A DNA stretch of 59,152 nt, from positions 1-59,152 of the forward strand of contig JBAZSP010000002.1 in assembly GCA_041663285.1 (NCBI GenBank), written 5' to 3'. Below, piece by piece: positions 17,096-25,064 of this stretch; position 1 is the stretch's first letter, and the number at the start of each line of letters is the position of its first letter. Both the position numbers and the translations under genes were made by a program. The notes beneath the pieces were generated by a model, which ran no database searches, was not told the DNA's origin, and saw only the letters and a list, made by a program, of their open reading frames with translations. Source of the DNA: Candidatus Shapirobacteria bacterium (GTDB lineage: Bacteria; Patescibacteriota; Microgenomatia; UBA12405).

Positions 17096-18082
17096 ATGAG
17101 AACCGAATCAACAATTTTATCGCTAGCTATCTACTTAACAGATAAATGCAATCTCCATTGCAAGCATTGCTTTTTAAAAGCCTCTCCCCGAAAGGCTCAC
17201 GGTCTCGACTGGAATAAGGTCAAGACTATTCTCAAATACTATCGCCGCCAGAACTACCAAATTGTTGAGTTTACCGGCGGTGAAGCCTGCTTATCGCCAC
17301 TACTCCAAAAATCTGTCAACTTGGCTAATAAACTCAATTATCCTTATATCGGCATCAACTCCAATGGTATTACCACCAAAGTTATCGATTCTTTTAATCC
17401 TACCAATATCTATAAAATCACTTACAGTCTGGACGGAGCCAGTCCGAAAACTCACGATTTTATCCGGGGCAAAGGTACCTATGCCAAAACTATGTCTACC
17501 ATTAAAAAATCGATTAGCCGAGGATTCAGAACCGAAATCATCTTCACTGTTAACAAGGTCAATCAATCCGAAATTAAAAAAGTCATTTTGCTGCTAGATA
17601 AAATCGGAGTCGCTAAACTCAGTTTTAACTGTATTTCTCCCATCGGCAATGCCAACGAAAATCCTTCGCTCCTTATTACCCCCCAAGAATGGGTAAAGGC
17701 ACGCAAACAAATAGAAAAGACAAAAAATCTAAAAAATTTAACTATCCGTTTTCCACTAATGTACGCCACTCCGTCTGAGTTCGACCATCTAGTTAAAGAC
17801 GGTTATCAATGCCTATTGGCAAATTCTGCCAAAGCCGAAATCCATCCGGATAGCCATATTTACCATTGCTGTCTGACTATTGAAAACCCCAAAATCAGTT
17901 GTGGCAAAGTTCAAGATAGAACTATTATTTTCGATAAGTCCTCTGAGATTAGATTCCTCAACCACCGCTCTCAATCTCCCTGTCCTGCCCGTCTTGATCA
18001 GACTTGTGATAACTTCATCCCTATTTGTGTTTACTACAAAAAAGTTATTCAACCGTCAAATTTAGAAAAAAGTAGTTCCTAG
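17096..18082 (+). CDS. Radical SAM protein with a Cys-rich SPASM-like C-terminus
   Basis: CNLHCKHC (CxxxCxxC) at residues 18-25, GGEA motif, and C-terminal cysteines (YQCL, YHCC, SC, CP, C, C). Confidence 0.75.
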   Translation: MRTESTILSLAIYLTDKCNLHCKHCFLKASPRKAHGLDWNKVKTILKYYRRQNYQIVEFTGGEACLSPLLQKSVNLANKLNYPYIGINSNGITTKVIDSFNPTNIYKITYSLDGASPKTHDFIRGKGTYAKTMSTIKKSISRGFRTEIIFTVNKVNQSEIKKVILLLDKIGVAKLSFNCISPIGNANENPSLLITPQEWVKARKQIEKTKNLKNLTIRFPLMYATPSEFDHLVKDGYQCLLANSAKAEIHPDSHIYHCCLTIENPKISCGKVQDRTIIFDKSSEIRFLNHRSQSPCPARLDQTCDNFIPICVYYKKVIQPSNLEKSSS

Positions 18083-19088
18083 TTCTCTCCGCCGCTACCT
18101 CCCAATTCTTTTTCAGGTTATGGTCATCCCCTTTATATACTATTAATTCAGCTTCGTTGCCTTCCTCTTTTAGTCTGCTGACCACCGTCTCCTGCCATTC
18201 CACCTTGCACCATTCGTCAGCTGTCCCCTGGTGAATCTGTACCGGCGAATCTATCCACTGATAGTAATTTTCAATCGAATATCTCCGAACATCATATGAT
18301 TTTCCAAAATCTTCAATGGCCTTGATCACTAACCTGCCTCCATCGTCCAAATCCGAGGCCGTATCGAGTACACTTTGGGGGAAGGGATTGGTCATCGGCG
18401 CCCACAAAACAGTTGGCATCCGGCTGCCACTAATCTCTAGCACACTAATAGCAATCTGCCCACCATTTGAGTGGGCCCATATTCCCATTTTGTCTTTATC
18501 AACATACTCTAGGTTTTTTACCGTTTCGATTAAGTCCAGTACCCCTATCACTTTTTCAAACCTCGCCTCCAGCATATCAAGCGACTCTTGATCTGATTCG
18601 CCAAAGCCTAAAAAATCAATACTGAAAGTCACAAAGCCGTTTTCTGCTAGTTTATCTGCCATCTTCCAGCTCCCCGATCCGCAATAATAGCCCGGCTTGT
18701 CGGCATATCCCCTTATCATAATAATCACCGGCAGCCTCACCCCGGGATCCACTTCGGGAATATTGGCCATCCCGCTAATCCATTTCTCCTCACTTTTAAA
18801 TTTAAATTTCTCGGTTTTAAAATCTGCCAGGCCGCCAGAACTGGCCGTTTTAACAGCCTGTCGGCGGGTCTCCACCTCCTTAATTTTACCCAAAAATCTT
18901 ATTTCCCCAGCCACTCCTCCCCGCTTTCTCAAACTGTCAAAATCATATTTTGCCATCGCTTTTTCTATTACCCCGCCCTCCCCGCCCCGGGGATCCTGCC
19001 AATCCATTCTCTTCAACACCTCCAGGCCACCCCCCGCCGCCAACATTACAACTCCCAATCCGATAAATACGATTTTTGTTACCCTCAC
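18045..19088 (-). CDS. Membrane-anchored alpha/beta hydrolase (S9 peptidase/dienelactone-hydrolase-like)
   Basis: N-terminal TM helix, IWAHSNGG nucleophile elbow, and GDDHNL near the C-terminus. Confidence 0.65.
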   Translation of the reverse strand: MRVTKIVFIGLGVVMLAAGGGLEVLKRMDWQDPRGGEGGVIEKAMAKYDFDSLRKRGGVAGEIRFLGKIKEVETRRQAVKTASSGGLADFKTEKFKFKSEEKWISGMANIPEVDPGVRLPVIIMIRGYADKPGYYCGSGSWKMADKLAENGFVTFSIDFLGFGESDQESLDMLEARFEKVIGVLDLIETVKNLEYVDKDKMGIWAHSNGGQIAISVLEISGSRMPTVLWAPMTNPFPQSVLDTASDLDDGGRLVIKAIEDFGKSYDVRRYSIENYYQWIDSPVQIHQGTADEWCKVEWQETVVSRLKEEGNEAELIVYKGDDHNLKKNWEVAAERTRNYFFLNLTVE

Positions 19089-19125
19089 TTTGCTATTTTA
19101 ATCCAAATGTTATCATCATCTAGTT

Positions 19126-20586
19126 ATGAAAATCCGCTGGCTACTTTTAATTTTTATCCTTGGTCTTTTTTGGCGTTTCATAAACTATCAAAACCGTCTT
19201 GTCCTCAATCAGGATCAAGCCCGCGACGCCATTATTGGCCTTCAGTCCATCTCACTTCGCCAGCTCCCTCCTATCGGCCCACCTTCCTCTGCCGGCCCTT
19301 TTAATTTTGGACCCTATTATTATTGGCTCATCACCTTTTTTACTCTTTTGATTCCGGTTACCGGTGGCCCTTGGATTGGGTTTTCCCTCCTCTCGGCCAT
19401 CTCAATATTTTTCTACTATCGGATCGGCCGGAAAATGATCAACTCCCGATTTGGCTTACTGCTGGCCGTTATGTCGGCAGTCAATCCCGCCCTGGTAGCT
19501 ATAAGCCCCGACATGCTCAACACTACCGCCCTGGCATTTCTTTCACCCCTGGTTTTTCTTTTATTAATCAATTACGTCCACCGGCCAAAGATCATCACCG
19601 GCTTACTTTTTGGCTTTTTTCTGGGAGTCACTGCCAATTTTCACTTCCAGGCGTTTGGCCTCTTCGCCTTACTTCCTCTAATCTTTCTTATAAACCGCTA
19701 CTCCATAGTTAAACGCCTTTCCCTAATCCTTCCACCTATCGCCGGTTTACTTATTTCCTTCCTGCCGCTTATTGTTTTCGACTTTCAGCACCATCATCGC
19801 TGGTTACTTTCGGTTATCAACTACTACACCACCGGTGTCACCAAGTTCTACACTCCTATCCGCTGGCTAACCGACATCCGGGATTTTTGGCCTCAACATC
19901 TTGGCCAAACCATCACCGGCATTCCTCTATTAGGCTACATTTTAATCATTCTTTTCCTAGCCGCCTTATACTTTAAACAAAAAAAAGGCCTCCAATTCTC
20001 TCCCACCTGGGGGGTTCTCGTCTTTTCCTTTATCATCCAAATCTTACTTCTTCGCTACTATCGCGGCACCCGCTCATCCGAATACCTGATCTACCTTTAC
20101 CCCTATTCCATCATCTTTACCGGCTGGGCTCTTCATTCTTTATATTCCTTATCTCCCAAGCTTAGCCTCCTGGCTGGTTTACTTTTATTTGCCACTAGCA
20201 CCTATACCAATTTCTCTCAAACTTTTAATCACCCCTCTCAGGCCCAAGTTATTTATTCCCTTAAGTCCCAAATCGACCAAAAACTGAATCCGGAATCGAT
20301 CAGTCTTTATTCTTTAAATAATCCCGACGATCAGCTTAATAGCCCCATCTTTTATCTCTATTACCGTCAAAACAAGATTAATACTACCGGTTCCAGAATA
20401 GCCACCTGCAATCCTCTGGTCGTTTCCAATCCCTGCCCTTCTGCCCACAAAATTCTTGCCCAGTCCGGTAACTACTACCTTTACGACGTAACCAACATCC
20501 CCCACTCCCAGCTGCTTAAACAAGGCTTTGTCAATTACACTCCCGATTTGTACCGTCAACGACTAATGGTTAATTACCCAGAATAA
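19126..20586 (+). CDS. Polytopic membrane protein, ArnT/PMT (GT39/GT83)-like glycosyltransferase
   Basis: 486 aa with more than 10 predicted TM segments and an N-terminal NxDQARD-like loop (LNQDQARDAI). The family assignment is tentative. Confidence 0.5.
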   Translation: MKIRWLLLIFILGLFWRFINYQNRLVLNQDQARDAIIGLQSISLRQLPPIGPPSSAGPFNFGPYYYWLITFFTLLIPVTGGPWIGFSLLSAISIFFYYRIGRKMINSRFGLLLAVMSAVNPALVAISPDMLNTTALAFLSPLVFLLLINYVHRPKIITGLLFGFFLGVTANFHFQAFGLFALLPLIFLINRYSIVKRLSLILPPIAGLLISFLPLIVFDFQHHHRWLLSVINYYTTGVTKFYTPIRWLTDIRDFWPQHLGQTITGIPLLGYILIILFLAALYFKQKKGLQFSPTWGVLVFSFIIQILLLRYYRGTRSSEYLIYLYPYSIIFTGWALHSLYSLSPKLSLLAGLLLFATSTYTNFSQTFNHPSQAQVIYSLKSQIDQKLNPESISLYSLNNPDDQLNSPIFYLYYRQNKINTTGSRIATCNPLVVSNPCPSAHKILAQSGNYYLYDVTNIPHSQLLKQGFVNYTPDLYRQRLMVNYPE

Positions 20587-21211
20587 TTTCTTTAATTTCT
20601 TCCGGCCCGTCCACCACCCAGTTAGCTCCGGCTTCTTCCAAATTCCTCCGGGCTTCATAGCCCCAGCTAACACTGATAATTTTTATCCCTGCCACCTTAG
20701 CTGCTTCCACATCCCGGCTTTCATCCCCCACATACACCACCTCCTCCTTATTCCATCCGTTTTTACTAATTACTTCATTAAGCCTGGCTCCTTTCTCCCA
20801 AAGATTTTTGTCGGCCTCAACATATTCAAAAGCAGTTATCCGGTGACTATTCAAGAAATTTTCCACACTCTCTTTTAAATTAGACGTTACAATTCCAACC
20901 CTTATCCCACTTACCTTCAACTCTTCAATTACCTCCATCAGCCCTTCTTTTATCTCTACCCTTCCCATCCGATCCTGAAGCTCTCCCATAATCTCTTTAT
21001 GAATACTTAAAAAATCCGACTCCTTTATCCCCAAATAACCCACAAATTCCTTAGCTGATAGTTTTTTTAATTCTTCTACCCGGCTACCGTCTATCTTTTT
21101 AAAACCATATTTATCGGCTTTCTCACCATAAATATCGTAAACCGTTTTCATAGTCATGGCTATTGTTCCATCAAAGTCAAAAATTACATTATTAATCTTT
21201 TTCGATACCAT
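20570..21211 (-). CDS. HAD-superfamily hydrolase (phosphoglycolate phosphatase-like)
   Basis: VIFDFDGTI motif I, VTSN motif II, and YVGDESRD motif IV. Confidence 0.8.
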   Translation of the reverse strand: MVSKKINNVIFDFDGTIAMTMKTVYDIYGEKADKYGFKKIDGSRVEELKKLSAKEFVGYLGIKESDFLSIHKEIMGELQDRMGRVEIKEGLMEVIEELKVSGIRVGIVTSNLKESVENFLNSHRITAFEYVEADKNLWEKGARLNEVISKNGWNKEEVVYVGDESRDVEAAKVAGIKIISVSWGYEARRNLEEAGANWVVDGPEEIKEIILGN

Positions 21212-21346
21212 ATTTCTATTTTTATAATAATTTGTCCCTAAATTATAACCTCAACTCCAGTCCTTACGTAATAAGTTAATAATAATTACCTAAGCGATGC
21301 GTTATTATCAAAAAAGACATATAATAAGACCAGATTACTAATCATA

Positions 21347-22533
21347 ATGTTCGAAAAGATTTATTCTTCGTCACTCAAATTTTTATTTCCTTTAAGCCCG
21401 GCGGCCACTTACAAAACGGTTGTCAACGAAGCTGTCCAATTAGTCGGTGGAAAATATGGCTCCCTCTTTCTTGAAAGAAGTGGCCGTCTCAAAAGAATGC
21501 ATGCCTCCGATCCGATTTTGTATAAAATTAAACCCCGGGAACATGGCGTTACCCAGACAGTCTACGAAACCGGAAAAATGATCATTAGGGCCAGTTCCAA
21601 GCTGATTGAAAGTCACTCCTGGTTCAAAAATGCCAAAATTGGCGACGATCTTAACCTCCCCCTCACCTACAACGGCATTACCTTGGGAGTTTTGTCGATT
21701 ATTGCCAAACCCAATAAAAAGTTTACCAAAAGTCAGGTCGAAACTTTAAAACTTTTTTCTCCCTTGGCCATGATTGCCATCCGCAAAGCTCTTCTCCACG
21801 AAGAGCTCCAAAAAGCATTTGATTCCCGGGAATTATTTATCTCATTAGCTGCCCATGAGCTGAAGGCACCTCTGACAGTCGTCTACACCGAAACCCAGCT
21901 AATTGCCAAATCACTTAAGAATAATCACCATATCAGCCAGGAAAAAATCCAGCGGTTACTTTCTGCTGAAATGAGACTCAATAAACTATTTCTGACTTCC
22001 TCGATGCTAACCGTATCAAAATCGGCACCATTAACTACATCTTTAAAAAAGAAGACTTAACCACCTTGGTTCTAGAGGCTGTTTCCAATTTCCAACAAAT
22101 GTACCCGGACCGCAAAGTTATTCTGACAAATAACATTCATCCTCCAAAATGTAGCCTCTCTGTCGACAAAGACAAAATTCACCAGTCAATAATAAATCTC
22201 TTAACCAACGCCAACAAGTTCAGCCCACCGGAGTCAAAAATAGATCTTCTACTATCCTTACAGAATCACCAGGCTGCAATCGAAATAAAAGATTACGGCA
22301 TCGGCATTAAAAAAACTGACTTGAAAAATCTTACCCAAAAATTCTTCCGCGGTTCAGCCACTAATCAGCCAGGCATGGGCCTCGGATTGTTCCTGACCGC
22401 CGAAATAATCAAAAAGCACCAAGGCCAACTTCTGTTCAAATCTATTGTTGGCCACGGCACCCAAGCGATTATCAGACTACCTTATACATCTCCCAATAAT
22501 GATAAAAGAAGGACAACCCCCCGACGTACCTGA
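21347..22533 (+). pseudogene. GAF-domain sensor histidine kinase interrupted by a 1-nt frameshift near 21985
   Basis: ORF 21347-22060 carries the GAF-like region and the H-box SLAAHELKAPL. ORF 22066-22533 carries the HATPase N/G boxes (LLTNANKFS, DYGIGI, GMGLGL). Frame 1 is open from 21985 and reads ISDFLDANRIKIGTINYIFKKEDLTTLVLEAV, continuous with the second ORF. Confidence 0.75.
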
Positions 22534-23746
22534 AGGAAACGCCTACTCAAAGTGGGCTTCACCATATGATTCCTGGTTGAGATCCATGGTACTCTCTCCT
22601 GACGCTCTTGATCGAAGAAATGCTAAAACCGGCGATCTCTGGCTTTTTAGTTTCCCAACTTTTCAAGAAATGTCAGCCATGGAAGCCGCTAACGTCCTTA
22701 TCATAATCGGGCCTGCATCCAGCGGCAAAAGCACCTTCGCCCACTCATTCGAAGGCCGTAACATTCCGGTAACAGTATGGGACTTTGAAGATTTTGAACA
22801 CGTAGCAGAAAGGGAACATCCGGAGATTCATCGCAGTACAGGCCCTGACACCCTCGATTTTCTGATGCTTGCCTCCGCCGCAGGCTGTTCCAGGGTCGAA
22901 CAGGCCATAACAACTTATAGCCAAACAAGTAAAAATCCTAATTTAATAATAACCCTACCCGGTCCAACTAATAAAACTCTAGGACTATGCACTCGTCCTT
23001 ACGTCCCCGATCTCCAATTTACGGCAGCCCAAACAGCCACTCGGCTTGGAATCCCCCTAAACCTCACCATGGTCGGCATAAACGGCTTGCCCGAGCATCT
23101 TCACTTAGCCCAAGTCAGAGCTTTTCTCGCTAAAACTTTTTTGGAGTACTCAAATAAAACTCTTGATTATAATGCTGCCCTCTCTAAAGCTAACGATTTA
23201 AGAGCTGCCTTAGGTTTACCCCTATTCGAGACAATGGAAGAAGTCGAAAAAACCAGAGAAGGGGCCCTCCCGTTAACCATATTAAAATTTTACGAAGAAG
23301 TTGCCAAACTTTGGTTGACATTACCTCCTGAAGATCCCATAAAAAGTGGTTTTAGAAGAACAACTTTAAATAACATCGATCACGCCCTGGAAAAAGGCAA
23401 CCGATTTGCCCATTTAAAATATGATCCTAACCTTCAGCACCTCGGACTAGACGAGTGGCTGAAGAGGGGTGAAAAGATGCAAGAGTTCATTTTTGGTTAT
23501 CGGGGCGAAGACCACGAAGGTGAATGGATGGCTTTGGTTCAATTTATTACCGATATTGTTATGAAGTACAACTTTGGGTTGTCCGAACAACTTATTAGAG
23601 AACATTATGGAGACAAACCAATAACATTCCGTAGCGGCGTTTTTATTGCTACCCAAGATCCCATATTAAGTGCCAGAGATCCGGAAAAAGTCGCCCGTTT
23701 ACTATACCCCAACCAAGAAGATGCTTTACTAGGTATAAGGCAATAA
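22499..23746 (+). CDS. Orphan P-loop NTPase/kinase-like protein
   Basis: Walker A IIIGPASSGKSTFA. The rest is unrecognised. The track ORF starts at a TTG at 22445 inside the kinase gene, so ATG 22499 is preferred. The G/C balance is atypical for a + strand gene here. Confidence 0.6.
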   Translation: MIKEGQPPDVPEGNAYSKWASPYDSWLRSMVLSPDALDRRNAKTGDLWLFSFPTFQEMSAMEAANVLIIIGPASSGKSTFAHSFEGRNIPVTVWDFEDFEHVAEREHPEIHRSTGPDTLDFLMLASAAGCSRVEQAITTYSQTSKNPNLIITLPGPTNKTLGLCTRPYVPDLQFTAAQTATRLGIPLNLTMVGINGLPEHLHLAQVRAFLAKTFLEYSNKTLDYNAALSKANDLRAALGLPLFETMEEVEKTREGALPLTILKFYEEVAKLWLTLPPEDPIKSGFRRTTLNNIDHALEKGNRFAHLKYDPNLQHLGLDEWLKRGEKMQEFIFGYRGEDHEGEWMALVQFITDIVMKYNFGLSEQLIREHYGDKPITFRSGVFIATQDPILSARDPEKVARLLYPNQEDALLGIRQ

Positions 23747-23759
23747 CGGAATCACTACT

Positions 23760-23788
23760 TTGACATCCTCCGCCTAATCCTTTATAAT
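23760..23788 (+). promoter_or_regulatory. Consensus sigma70-type promoter TTGACA-17 nt-TATAAT for rplJL
   Basis: TTGACA at 23760-23765, a 17-nt spacer, and TATAAT at 23783-23788, read directly. Confidence 0.7.
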
Positions 23789-23794
23789 CCCCTA

Positions 23795-23897
23795 ACTTAA
23801 CCGAAGACAGTAAGGGTCCGGCTACAGTCGGACATAAATATCTTACCGAGGGCAAACATAGTAATTTTACGCCCCGTCTCCGGGGCGTTGCTGTTTT
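23795..23897 (+). promoter_or_regulatory. rplJ leader with a terminator-like hairpin (candidate L10-leader attenuator)
   Basis: About 130-nt leader. ACGCCCCG-TCTC-CGGGGCGT (23869-23888) is followed by TGCTGTTTT, about 30 nt before the rplJ ATG. Confidence 0.5.
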
Positions 23898-23928
23898 AAT
23901 AAACCAAAAAATAAATTAAATTTTGTCT

Positions 23929-24438
23929 ATGCCTAATCAATTCAATCGCCAAAAAGTCGAAGACCTGACCAAAAAGCTAGAATCAGCTAAATCCGCCGCT
24001 TTGATCCAATATCAGGGTCTAAATGCTGCCGATATCGCCAATCTTCGTAACCAAGTCAAACAGTCTGGCGGAGTCCTGGAAGTGGCCAAAAATTCCCTTA
24101 TCTCCTTAAGCCTTGGTAAAATTGGAATTAAGCTTCCCGAAACCCTCACCGGCCCGACCGCCATCGCTTTCTGCCAAACCGATGAAGTCAATCCTCTCAA
24201 AGAAATAGACAAAATAAATAAAGAAAAAGATAAAACTTCTTTTAAATACGGCTTATTCGACAAAAAATTACTAAGCTTGGATGAACTAAAAAAATTCCTG
24301 ACTCTACCGTCCAAAACGGCTCTTGTTTCCCAGTTTATCGGTGACCTGACTAATCCCCTTTACCGCCTGGCCTACGCTATGCGCTTTAACCAAACCCGAT
24401 TAGTCCTCGCCCTTAAAGCCGTCGCCGATAAAAAATAA
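23929..24438 (+). CDS. rplJ: 50S ribosomal protein L10
   Basis: MPNQFNRQKVEDLTKKLESAKSAALIQYQGLNAADIANLRNQ is the L10 pattern. ATG 23929 is preferred over the TTG at 23923. Confidence 0.9.
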   Translation: MPNQFNRQKVEDLTKKLESAKSAALIQYQGLNAADIANLRNQVKQSGGVLEVAKNSLISLSLGKIGIKLPETLTGPTAIAFCQTDEVNPLKEIDKINKEKDKTSFKYGLFDKKLLSLDELKKFLTLPSKTALVSQFIGDLTNPLYRLAYAMRFNQTRLVLALKAVADKK

Positions 24439-24439
24439 T

Positions 24440-24585
24440 CCATTAATTTCCAAGTCCTAAAATCAAAATCCTAAATTCTAAACAATTTCAAATTTTCAAA
24501 TAGCTAAATATTAAAAACTTAAATTTAGAATTTAGAACTTAGGATTTCAAATTTGAATTTTTTAAATTATTAATTAAAAAATTAG
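24440..24585. repeat. AT-rich heptad arrays in inverted orientation filling the rplJ-rplL spacer
   Basis: tcctaaaatcaaaatcctaaattctaaac ... cttaaatttagaatttagaacttaggattt. Confidence 0.6.
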
Positions 24586-24587
24586 TT

Positions 24588-24989
24588 ATGTCCGAAGACA
24601 AAAAATTATCCGAAAAACTGCAAAAGATTTTAGACGCAGTTTCTGAATTATCCGTTTTAGAGCTTTCTGATCTGGTCAAAGCCGTCGAAGAAAAATTCGA
24701 CGTCAAAGCCGTCGCTATGGCTGCTCCGTCCGCCGCTGCTCCTGCTGGTGGTGCCGCTGCTCCGGCTGTCGAAGAAAAGACTGAATTTGACGTGGTCGTC
24801 ACCTCTGCCGGTGCCAACAAGATTGCTGTCATCAAAGTAGTTCGGGAATTCAAACCGGAACTCGGCTTAAAAGAAGCCAAGGATATGGTTGATGCTTGTC
24901 CCTTCACTCTGGCCACCCTCAAAAAGGATGCTGCCGAAGAAGCCAAAACCAAGCTCACCGCCGCTGGTGCGCAAGTCGAACTCAAATAA
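24588..24989 (+). CDS. rplL: 50S ribosomal protein L7/L12
   Basis: Ala/Pro hinge [16 protein letters not shown] and [20 protein letters not shown]. Confidence 0.95.
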   Translation: MSEDKKLSEKLQKILDAVSELSVLELSDLVKAVEEKFDVKAVAMAAPSAAAPAGGAAAPAVEEKTEFDVVVTSAGANKIAVIKVVREFKPELGLKEAKDMVDACPFTLATLKKDAAEEAKTKLTAAGAQVELK

Positions 24990-25036
24990 TAAATAAGATT
25001 TATCTTAATCGAGTAAGATCCCCCCAATAGTTTTCC

Positions 25037-25064
25037 AAACCCCGCCCACCTGGCGGGGTTTTTA
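25037..25064. terminator. Bidirectional intrinsic terminator between convergent rplL and pyrG
   Basis: AAACCCCGCC-CACCT-GGCGGGGTTTTT, with A-run and T-run flanks. Confidence 0.7.

Noticed and set aside
22445-22498. The track start codons TTG 22445 (P-loop gene), TTG 41652, TTG 23923, 36239 and 16452.
   Set aside because: Each upstream extension overlaps a neighbouring gene or a promoter hexamer. Downstream ATGs (22499, 41616, 23929, 36320, 16395) begin the conserved part or sit at leaderless distance from a -10 box.
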